Below, in pieces: positions 1 through 6,197 of a stretch of DNA of 32,000 nt (positions are counted from its first letter, which is position 1; the number at the start of each line of letters is the position of its first letter). Under the pieces are notes generated by a model, which saw only the letters and a program-made list of their open reading frames with translations, did not search any database and was not told where the DNA came from. Both the position numbers and the translations under genes were made by a program. Source of the stretch: Methylophaga frappieri (lineage in GTDB: Bacteria > Pseudomonadota > Gammaproteobacteria > Nitrosococcales > Methylophagaceae); the NCBI RefSeq assembly GCF_000260965.1, contig NC_017856.1:1440001-1472000 (forward strand). Reading direction: 5' to 3'.

Positions 1-152
1 AGATTCTGCACATGACCGCAGCAACAATCAGAAACAGGTTAAGTCGTGGTGAGCCGATGCCACCATCTATCAAAGTTGGGCACAGACGCTTATTCCCTGA
101 AAGAGAGCTAAACGACTGGATTATGTCGAAGATTGATTCCATCGAATCATAA
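1..152 (+). CDS. AlpA/Xis-type helix-turn-helix DNA-binding protein, C-terminal fragment (5' end outside window)
   Basis: The frame starting at nt 3 is open from the window edge to TAA 150-152. Translation: ILHMTAATIRNRLSRGEPMPPSIKVGHRRLFPERELNDWIMSKIDSIES. It resembles the C-terminal half of AlpA/excisionase-like HTH proteins. It sits directly upstream of a rep gene, as in many integrative islands. Confidence 0.5.
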   Translation, partial: ILHMTAATIRNRLSRGEPMPPSIKVGHRRLFPERELNDWIMSKIDSIES

Positions 153-191
153 GTCTTTTTTGAGCATTCTTTACTTAGTGACGCTCACGTT

Positions 192-1067
192 TTGACTTCT
201 CAAACTGAAGCTCTTAGCGCAGAAGAGAAAAATGTCCATAGGTTTATAACTCAAGCCTCAGACATCAACTCAATAAGTGCTCAAGAAGCAGGGAGTCGGG
301 CATATATGCCTAGGTCATTAGTTTTGGCGACACTTCCCCACAGTAAAAGACAAGATCCTTTTTTTGTTCGCAAAAATGGGAATTTCAGCCTTGCACTAAT
401 GGCACACCCCGATATCGGCCTTCCCTACGGAAGCTTGCCCAGACTTTTGATTGCATTTCTAACTACAGAAGCTGTAAGAACGAACAGTCGTGATATTGAG
501 CTTGGTAAATCACTATCTGACTTTCTTACCAAACTGAAAGAAACACCCAACGGAGGGCCAGGGGGAGGCATTACCAGGGTAAAAGAGCAAATGAGACGTT
601 TGTTCTCAACTCGAATTTCTTGCACATACACTAACAAGAATCTCGTAAGTGGAACTAACTTAGATATTGTTGATAGCTATGATCTGTGGTGGCACCCTAC
701 ATCTCCAGATCAATCGTCCCTATTCAAAAGTCATGTATGCCTAAATGAAGGTTTTTTCAAAGAAGTGACCCAAAGACCCGTTCCAATTGATATGAGAGCC
801 CTAATGGCACTTAAAAAGTCTCCTCTGGAAGTGGATATCTATTGTTGGCTGACATATAGAATGAGCTACCTTGAGCGTACAATAGTGATCTCATGGCAAG
901 ACCTTCAAATACAAATAGGAAGCTCCTACGCAAGAATGAGAGACTTCAAAGCAAAGTTCATTCAACATCTGAATCGAGTTTTGGCCGTATACCCTTCTGC
1001 AAGAGTGAGGGCTGTTAAGAACGGTTTAGAGCTAAAACCAAGTTTGACGCACATTCCTAAACGCTGA
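192..1067 (+). CDS. Plasmid-type replication initiator RepA (RPA-like family, from memory of the family consensus)
   Basis: 291-aa ORF with a TTG start at 192. An alternative ATG lies at 306 (MPRSLVLATLPH). The segment GSLPRLLIAFLTTEAVRTNSRDIELGKSLSDFL...LWWHP matches my recollection of plasmid-encoded RepA proteins found on genomic islands. It is followed immediately by iterons and a DnaA box. Confidence 0.65.
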   Translation: MTSQTEALSAEEKNVHRFITQASDINSISAQEAGSRAYMPRSLVLATLPHSKRQDPFFVRKNGNFSLALMAHPDIGLPYGSLPRLLIAFLTTEAVRTNSRDIELGKSLSDFLTKLKETPNGGPGGGITRVKEQMRRLFSTRISCTYTNKNLVSGTNLDIVDSYDLWWHPTSPDQSSLFKSHVCLNEGFFKEVTQRPVPIDMRALMALKKSPLEVDIYCWLTYRMSYLERTIVISWQDLQIQIGSSYARMRDFKAKFIQHLNRVLAVYPSARVRAVKNGLELKPSLTHIPKR

Positions 1068-1119
1068 TTTTCACAAGCCAGACTCATGTGGACAAAGTTG
1101 TTAGTGATGAAAGATATCC

Positions 1120-1201
1120 ACGCATTAACGGTCGCGTTAGAAGCTTATTTTTACGCATTAACGGTCGCGCTAAGTTCGTTTTTTACGCATTAACGGTCGC
1201 G
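1120..1201. repeat. Three direct 17-bp iterons ACGCATTAACGGTCGCG (putative RepA binding sites of an oriV)
   Basis: Perfect copies at 1120-1136, 1153-1169 and 1185-1201. Spacing is 33 and 32 bp, about three helical turns. A partial CATTAAC follows at 1203-1209. The array starts 53 bp downstream of the rep stop. Confidence 0.8.
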
Positions 1202-1252
1202 CCATTAACCCTCAAAGCCATACTAGGCAAGGCTTTCCAGCCCCCTCCTATA

Positions 1253-1278
1253 GTATTACCTGTAGTTATTACCTGTAG
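1253..1278. repeat. Tandem 13-bp direct repeat TATTACCTGTAGT x2
   Basis: Perfect tandem copies at 1253-1265 and 1266-1278. A related TTATTACCAGAAACTGTAGTT occurs at 1711-1731, followed by a CTGTAGTTTT/GAAAACTACAG hairpin. Confidence 0.7.
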
Positions 1279-1294
1279 TTAGTTCGCTAAATTA

Positions 1295-1303
1295 TGTGGA
1301 TAA
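1295..1303 (-). promoter_or_regulatory. Consensus DnaA box (TTATCCACA on the minus strand)
   Basis: TGTGGATAA at 1295-1303 is the perfect 9-mer consensus. It lies ~95 bp after the last iteron. Near-matches GTGGACAA occur at 1088-1095, 1403-1410 and 1661-1668. Confidence 0.6.
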
Positions 1304-1400
1304 CTAAAAGTTTTCTCGAAATCTGCTCAGATCAAACGTGTTTGGTTTTCATATGATCAGAATAATTTCTGAGCATCGGTCTACCAATACTGTGGGGATA

Positions 1401-1459
1401 GAGTGGACAATTTACGTGTAGCGTGTGTGATAGACGAAATAGGCGTGTGTAATAGCCGA
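1401..1459. repeat. Repeat block A: GAGTGGACAA box plus a pair of 17-mers GCGTGTGT(G/A)ATAG(A/C)CGA
   Basis: GAGTGGACAA at 1401-1410. GCGTGTGTGATAGACGA at 1421-1437. GCGTGTGTAATAGCCGA at 1443-1459, 22 bp apart. Confidence 0.75.
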
Positions 1460-1614
1460 AGCTATTCACTGCTTATGCAGGATGACATTGCAGATCTCAC
1501 TCATACTAACTCCACAACATTGTTTTTACAGGGTTTACACGGTATCAGGGAGCTACAATCTCAAGATTAGGAGTAACCATATTTAGCTCCAATAAAGCCA
1601 AATAAACCAACAAA

Positions 1615-1668
1615 ACGTGTGTGATAGACGAAAAAGCGTGTGTAATAGACGACGCTATGAGTGGACAA
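1615..1668. repeat. Repeat block B: a second pair of the same 17-mers followed by the GAGTGGACAA box
   Basis: ACGTGTGTGATAGACGA at 1615-1631. GCGTGTGTAATAGACGA at 1636-1652, 21 bp apart. GAGTGGACAA at 1659-1668. Same strand as block A, but the box is on the other side of the pair. Confidence 0.75.
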
Positions 1669-1854
1669 ATTCCGTGTTGTAAATGAATCTAGTGACCGAA
1701 CAGAGCTATGTTATTACCAGAAACTGTAGTTTTATTTGTCGAAAACTACAGACTCAATGCAAGAGCATGGTAAACATGTACGAGGTTATTAGTGTTAGTA
1801 CCAAAGGTGCTTAGACCACGATGTTTCATAGTGATAAATAAATTGGAATTGAAC

Positions 1855-1899
1855 TAGGCTGCCATCCATCTAGTTAGGTAAATTATGGATGGCAGCCTA
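1855..1899. repeat. Perfect 15-bp inverted repeat with a 15-nt loop, just upstream of the first cassette core site
   Basis: TAGGCTGCCATCCAT (1855-1869) pairs with ATGGATGGCAGCCTA (1885-1899). The loop contains GTTAGGT (1873-1879). GTTAGGC follows at 1907-1913. Confidence 0.8.
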
Positions 1900-1929
1900 A
1901 TACACTGTTAGGCAACAATAAGTCCATTT

Positions 1930-2397
1930 ATGACAAAAATAGAATATACAAATTTGCAAGATCTTGATCAGGGTGAATTGCTTTCAGTCTTAAATAAAGA
2001 CAAGATCCGAGAGCACTTGGTATCACACGATAAATTCAACGAACAATCGTTGGCTGAATGGGTTTCAAGCAAGCTTAGTGTAGATTCAGCCGAAGGATGT
2101 AAAGTAAGAGGAATACGTGTAAATGGGGCTGTTGCTGGTTGGTGTGGAATCCAGTTTGAAAATGAATCCTATGAGCTCGCAGTAGTTTTGAATGAAGCCT
2201 ACTGGGGTATTGGTACTGCCGTGTTTAAAGACATGATGATATGGGCTTCAGAGTTGGGCCACAGACTTGTAGTTTTGCATTTGTTTAATACTCGCCCTGA
2301 ATACAAGTTTCTTACAAAAATAGCATCACGAGTGTACGAAAGCACGATGTTTGGTCAAAAATACACGAGCTATGAACTTAGGGTGCCAAGTGCCTAA
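1930..2397 (+). CDS. GNAT-family N-acetyltransferase (cassette 1)
   Basis: 155 aa. It has a GNAT-like motif A region, VVLNEAYWGIGTAVFKDMMIWASELG. The stop lies inside the attC R'' box. Confidence 0.5.
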   Translation: MTKIEYTNLQDLDQGELLSVLNKDKIREHLVSHDKFNEQSLAEWVSSKLSVDSAEGCKVRGIRVNGAVAGWCGIQFENESYELAVVLNEAYWGIGTAVFKDMMIWASELGHRLVVLHLFNTRPEYKFLTKIASRVYESTMFGQKYTSYELRVPSA

Positions 2398-2445
2398 CAA
2401 GGCAAGGCAGTCGGATGCTTCGCACCGCTGCTTGCGGCGTTATGT
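2392..2445 (+). other. attC site 1 (54 bp)
   Basis: R'' GCCTAAC at 2392-2398 and R' GTTATGT at 2439-2445. The internal imperfect palindrome GCAGTCGG...CCGCTGC carries a bulged base. Confidence 0.7.
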
Positions 2446-2458
2446 GAAGGGGTAAAAA

Positions 2459-2953
2459 TTGAAGTCAGCAATAATCTTTGGTTCATCTAGATACGATGGA
2501 AATACGAGTCAATTGGTCAAACAAGTTCGCTCAGAGATAGATGCTTCATTGTTTGAACTAAAGGATTACGACATCACACCTTTCGATTATCAACATCAGA
2601 ACAAAAATGATGACTATCTGCCGTTGGTTAGAGAGTTGGTACAGCATGATCACCTTGTGTTTGCTACACCAGTCTATTGATATTCGATGAGTGCTCAATT
2701 AAAAATCTTTTTCGACAGACTTTCTGATCTTCTGACAATTGAAAAGGATTTAGGGAGACGGTTGAGAGGTTTATCTTGTTCTATTCTGGCAACGGGTAGT
2801 GATAGCGCTTTACCCGAATGTTTTGAAGAGACATTTAAACTGACTTTTGAATACCTCGGCATGACATACAAAGGGGTGCTTTATTGTCCCTGTATTGATG
2901 CTGTTGAGATGAAACTTCCCTCAAGAGAACTGATACATGAAATCATCAAATAA
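2459..2953 (+). pseudogene. Flavodoxin-like fold NAD(P)H-dependent FMN reductase family gene interrupted by one in-frame TGA (cassette 2)
   Basis: ORFs 2459-2680 and 2687-2953 are in the same frame. The junction reads ...FATPVY-TGA-YSMSAQLKIFFDR, whereas this family normally reads PVYWYSM, so TGG to TGA. TTG start at 2459 with GAAGGGG upstream. Confidence 0.7.
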
Positions 2954-3003
2954 CAAGTCACTGCCGTCGACCGCTAGCACGGCGGCTGAATGAAGCGTTA
3001 AGC
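2948..3003 (+). other. attC site 2 (56 bp)
   Basis: R'' AAATAAC at 2948-2954 and R' GTTAAGC at 2997-3003. It shares AAGTCACTGC...GGCTGAATGAAGCGTTA with sites 4 and 6. Confidence 0.75.
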
Positions 3004-3025
3004 ATTCTTAGAATCGGAGCATGTA

Positions 3026-3538
3026 GTGAAGTCGGATATATCAATGGAAAAGCTGAAAGAAGATCACGCATCAGAGCTTTACGAGTTGACTGAATGTAAC
3101 CGTGAGTACTTGCGAGAGTGGCTCCCTTGGCTTGATTCAATAGGTTCGATCTCCGATACGATGGCATTTATCGAATCTACAACGAATGGCCCTGCAACAT
3201 TTGCACTATTTTACAGTGGTAAAATTTGTGGAGTAGCTGGCTTTCACAACATAAACAGCCAGCACAAGTATGGGTCAATTGGGTATTGGATAGCCCAGAA
3301 TCGAACTGGAAAGGGAATTGCTACAGCCGCAGTCAAAGAATTGCTTAGAATTGGATTTGAAGAATATAGTCTCAATAAAATTGAAATAAGATGTGCGAAA
3401 AATAATTCGAAGAGCCGAGCTATTCCAGAGCGACTTGGATTCAAATATGAAGCAAGTTTAAGGCAATGTGAGTGGCTATACTCAAAGTTTGTTGATCATG
3501 CAATATACTCAATGCTGGCATCAGAGTATCGTGCTTAA
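3026..3538 (+). CDS. RimJ/RimL-type GNAT N-acetyltransferase (cassette 3)
   Basis: The region LYELTECNREYLREWLPWL...GYWIAQNRTGKGIATAAVKELL...IEIRCAKNNSKSRAIPERLGF is typical of the Acetyltransf_3 group. The start is either GTG 3026 or ATG 3044. Confidence 0.75.
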   Translation: MKSDISMEKLKEDHASELYELTECNREYLREWLPWLDSIGSISDTMAFIESTTNGPATFALFYSGKICGVAGFHNINSQHKYGSIGYWIAQNRTGKGIATAAVKELLRIGFEEYSLNKIEIRCAKNNSKSRAIPERLGFKYEASLRQCEWLYSKFVDHAIYSMLASEYRA

Positions 3539-3568
3539 CAAGCTTGTCCGCTGACAGGGGCGTTAAGT
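3533..3568 (+). other. Mini attC-like site 3 (36 bp)
   Basis: GCTTAAC (3533-3539) + 22 nt + GTTAAGT (3562-3568). Only a short CTTGTC/GACAGG stem lies between the core sites. Confidence 0.5.
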
Positions 3569-3583
3569 ATCGAAAGGGATATT

Positions 3584-4183
3584 ATGCAAAACTTAACGGA
3601 CTTACCTGAAAACTTACCTGTTCCTTTTGATGATGGTGCTTGTGATCACCTTAAAAACAGGAAACTTCCCTCAATTAGGCTATCAACAACTGATGATTTG
3701 GAAGTCGATTTCTCTAATCTTGATAATCGTGTAGTTATTTATTTCTATCCAATGACTGGTCGACCGGGTACCACATTGCCTGATGGCTGGGATGAAATTC
3801 CTGGTGCTAGAGGCTGCACCCCACAATCTTGTTCATTTAGAGACCATTACTTAGAGTTGAGGGAACTTCAAGCTTCAGTTTATGGGCTCAGCACTCAGAA
3901 TACTGAGTATCAAAAAGAAGCAGTAAGCCGCCTGCACCTCCCATTTCCATTGGTTAGTGATAGTTCTCTAAAATTCATTCAAGCATTGAATATCCCAACT
4001 CTGGAGGTCTCAGGTATGACCTTGTCTAAACGGGTGACGGTAATAGCTAATCATGGGGTTATAGAAAAAGTTTTCTATCCAGTATTTCCACCCAATGAAA
4101 ATGCAGATGAGGTCATAAAATACCTAAAAGCAAAAAAGCTTAACAAGACACTGCAGCCGACTGCTATCGCGTCGACTGAATGA
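3584..4183 (+). CDS. Peroxiredoxin (AhpC/TSA, BCP-like) (cassette 4)
   Basis: VVIYFYPMTGRPG...ARGCTPQSCSFRD...LPFPLVSD shows a thioredoxin-fold peroxidatic Cys context. The last ~15 codons (LNKTLQPTAIASTE) are read-through into attC 4. Confidence 0.7.
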   Translation: MQNLTDLPENLPVPFDDGACDHLKNRKLPSIRLSTTDDLEVDFSNLDNRVVIYFYPMTGRPGTTLPDGWDEIPGARGCTPQSCSFRDHYLELRELQASVYGLSTQNTEYQKEAVSRLHLPFPLVSDSSLKFIQALNIPTLEVSGMTLSKRVTVIANHGVIEKVFYPVFPPNENADEVIKYLKAKKLNKTLQPTAIASTE

Positions 4184-4193
4184 AGCGTTATAT
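4138..4193 (+). other. attC site 4 (56 bp)
   Basis: R'' GCTTAAC at 4138-4144 and R' GTTATAT at 4187-4193. The stem is CAGCCGAC/GTCGACTG with one mismatch. Confidence 0.8.
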
Positions 4194-4213
4194 CCAGGGA
4201 TGAGTAGCGAGCT

Positions 4214-4633
4214 ATGTTAATCACTGAAGTATCTGAACCGTCAGAAGAGGACTTTGAGGTCCTGAAAAATGGACTAAATGGGTTCAATGAGGTTCATTCT
4301 GGGCCACTTCTTAATGAAAAGGTTTCATCGTTTGTAAAAAATGATAAAAATGAAACGGTAGGCGGTATCCTCGGAGAAATTAACTGGGGTTGGTTACACA
4401 TAAAAGGGTTATGGGTTTCGGAGTCCGTGAGGTCTAAAGGATTGGGGGCAGGCCTCCTAAGTAAGCTTGAGACTTATGCGAAATCAAAAGGCATAACTAA
4501 CATTCGACTTGAAACAACATCCTTTCAAGCCTTGGGCTTCTATGAAAAACAAGGATATGTTTTATTTGGGCAATTACCTGATATGCCTCCGACCTACACA
4601 AGCTATTTTTTAATGAAGCAGACAAGGATATAA
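4214..4633 (+). CDS. GNAT-family N-acetyltransferase (cassette 5)
   Basis: 139 aa with motif A, VSESVRSKGLGAGLLSKLETYAKSKG, followed by FYEKQGY. Confidence 0.7.
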   Translation: MLITEVSEPSEEDFEVLKNGLNGFNEVHSGPLLNEKVSSFVKNDKNETVGGILGEINWGWLHIKGLWVSESVRSKGLGAGLLSKLETYAKSKGITNIRLETTSFQALGFYEKQGYVLFGQLPDMPPTYTSYFLMKQTRI

Positions 4634-4658
4634 CAAGCCGCTGTGCTGGGCGTTAGGC
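4628..4658 (+). other. Mini attC-like site 5 (31 bp)
   Basis: ATATAAC (4628-4634) + 17 nt + GTTAGGC (4652-4658). Confidence 0.45.
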
Positions 4659-4664
4659 TGTGAT

Positions 4665-5138
4665 ATGGAATCTCAAAAAGTGAATTATGATCTCCGACGA
4701 GCTAACGAAGGTGATTATGAATTTTGTTACAAGCTTACAAAACAGAATATGTACGACCTATTTTGTCGTCACTGGGGTGGTTGGTTCGACTCAGAATTCC
4801 GAAAAGGCTTTGTCGCAGACAATATTCAAATAATAAGAGTCAGAGATAAAGCGATAGGGTATTTCAGCTATGTAATCAACAAAGATTCACTCTACATCGA
4901 TAACATTCAACTTGCCTCTCAATTTCAAGGGCAAGGTATTGGGACAAAGCTTCTCACTGATTTTCTGACAAAAAATCAAAATACTGTAATCAGACTCACA
5001 ACGTTTGAGGATAATCCGGCCAAACATCTTTATGAAAAATTGGGATTTAAAGTGATTGTAAGAAATGGTTCTACAATCAAGATGGAGATAGTGCCTAACA
5101 AGTCACTGCAGCCGACCACTACCGCGTCGGCTGAATGA
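4665..5138 (+). CDS. GNAT-family N-acetyltransferase (cassette 6)
   Basis: 157 aa with motif A, QLASQFQGQGIGTKLLTDFL, followed by HLYEKLGFKV. The tail (NKSLQPTTTASAE) is read-through into attC 6. Confidence 0.7.
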   Translation: MESQKVNYDLRRANEGDYEFCYKLTKQNMYDLFCRHWGGWFDSEFRKGFVADNIQIIRVRDKAIGYFSYVINKDSLYIDNIQLASQFQGQGIGTKLLTDFLTKNQNTVIRLTTFEDNPAKHLYEKLGFKVIVRNGSTIKMEIVPNKSLQPTTTASAE

Positions 5139-5148
5139 AGCGTTATAT
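5093..5148 (+). other. attC site 6 (56 bp)
   Basis: R'' GCCTAAC at 5093-5099 and R' GTTATAT at 5142-5148. The stem CAGCCGAC/GTCGGCTG is perfect. Confidence 0.8.
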
Positions 5149-5160
5149 GCCCGAGAGAGT

Positions 5161-5676
5161 ATGTGCGTGGAACAACTAGAGAGAGCTAAAAGATATCTCA
5201 CTCGCATGGAAAAAATATATGAAGGAATATTTTCATCATCACATGATCGTGACTCATATGACGATGATGTGATTTCATTCTTTATTCATTGTTACCACGT
5301 TAGAGACTGGATTATCCATTTGAATAGGCTGGGGGCTACGGCTAAAGAGGTAGATTTATACATAAATAGTCACAGGTCTCTAATGATTTGCGCGGATCTC
5401 GCGAATGGATCTAAGCACTGTAAATTGACGCGGTCGTTACGAACAGAACGACAACCTCATATTTCAGGTACGCGGCGAGATACATCGGGATGGCTAACTG
5501 GCGACGGAGGCGGAGAGGTTATGAAGTGTAAATATACCGTGCTCAGTAATGAAGATTTCTTAGATGCCCTTGAACTAGCAAGAGACAGTGTCACATTGTG
5601 GGAGAAATACATGGTGGCACTCCAAGAGGCATATAACAAATCAAAGCAGCAAGAGCCTTCGGCCGGGACGTGCTAA
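5161..5676 (+). CDS. Hypothetical protein (cassette 7)
   Basis: 171-aa ORF starting 13 nt after the attC 6 core. No motif I can assign with confidence. CADLANGSKH is faintly reminiscent of a degenerate HEPN-type helix, which is speculative. Confidence 0.4.
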   Translation: MCVEQLERAKRYLTRMEKIYEGIFSSSHDRDSYDDDVISFFIHCYHVRDWIIHLNRLGATAKEVDLYINSHRSLMICADLANGSKHCKLTRSLRTERQPHISGTRRDTSGWLTGDGGGEVMKCKYTVLSNEDFLDALELARDSVTLWEKYMVALQEAYNKSKQQEPSAGTC

Positions 5677-5703
5677 CACGCGCCCCTGTTTGAGGCGTTA
5701 GCC
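5671..5703 (+). other. Mini attC-like site 7 (33 bp)
   Basis: TGCTAAC (5671-5677) + 19 nt + GTTAGCC (5697-5703). Confidence 0.45.
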
Positions 5704-5705
5704 AT

Positions 5706-6134
5706 ATGAACGAAGAAGAACGCTGTAATCACATCGTATCGCTTGATGAAGAACTCTTAAAAGGTGGGGCCATCCTCTCGGAGTGCTGCTCTTTTATGAT
5801 CCGAGAATCGGATTTGGCGTCTGTACATGGAGCAAATCTGACATCAATACTTACGGCAGTTTCTGGGATCGAAACCTATCTGCGCTCCGAGTATTCCGAG
5901 AAAGAGCGCTGTAGCCTCTTTGAGTTAATTGATCGTGCTCCCATATCAGACGACCTTCGATCTGATTTGCACAAGCTAAGGAAGTACCGAAATATGTGGG
6001 GGCATGTAAATGACCCATGGGATGATCAAATGCTGCTAGATGCTCCTGAAGAGTCGGAAAAAGAGCTAGAAGAAATAGCTCTGTTCGCCGCTAGAGCGCT
6101 GAGAAAAACAATTTATGAGAATCAGTGGGTCTAA
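5706..6134 (+). CDS. HEPN-domain protein (DUF4145-like architecture) (cassette 8)
   Basis: 142 aa. The C-terminal helix carries the R-x4-H HEPN signature in the common RN form: LHKLRKYRNMWGHV. No adjacent MNT-type partner is present. Confidence 0.55.
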   Translation: MNEEERCNHIVSLDEELLKGGAILSECCSFMIRESDLASVHGANLTSILTAVSGIETYLRSEYSEKERCSLFELIDRAPISDDLRSDLHKLRKYRNMWGHVNDPWDDQMLLDAPEESEKELEEIALFAARALRKTIYENQWV

Positions 6135-6137
6135 AAT

Positions 6138-6185
6138 GGCTAACCAAACAATTAAATTTGCACCCTGCGGTCGCTGGGCGCTAGA
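6138..6185 (+). other. Terminal attC-like site 8 with a mutated R' core
   Basis: R'' GGCTAAC at 6138-6144. The distal box reads GCTAGAC (6179-6185) instead of GTTAGAC. It shares GCTGGGCG with mini site 5. Confidence 0.45.
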
Positions 6186-6197
6186 CATCTAAAACGA

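Larger units (their letters stand above)
1907..6185 (+). mobile_element. Integron-type gene cassette array (8 promoter-less ORF units each followed by an attC-like site); no integron integrase in the window (CALIN-like)
   Basis: There are eight same-strand short ORFs. Each is followed by RYYYAAC ... GTTRRRY inverted core sites. Each next ORF starts 12-30 nt after the GTT core. Sites 2, 4 and 6 are near-identical, as in sedentary chromosomal integrons. Confidence 0.8.

Noticed and set aside
1120-1201. Regularly spaced repeats considered as a possible CRISPR array
   Set aside because: There are only three 17-bp repeats with 15-16-bp spacers, next to rep and a DnaA box. No cas genes are present. 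They are iterons.
1088-1282. 64-aa ORF overlapping the iterons (repeated RINGR peptide)
   Set aside because: Its repetitive translation is a by-product of the three DNA iterons. It has a GTG start without an SD and lies entirely in the origin region.
2678-2680. In-frame TGA as selenocysteine or programmed recoding
   Set aside because: The family has Trp at this position and no Cys/Sec chemistry is expected there. I see no SECIS-like hairpin immediately downstream. A nonsense mutation is simpler.
4141-5138. Shared C-terminal tails LQPTAIASTE / LQPTTTASAE on the peroxiredoxin and a GNAT protein
   Set aside because: Both tails come from translation running into near-identical attC sites until the TGA in CTGAATGAAGC. 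This is a cassette artefact, not a functional shared domain.
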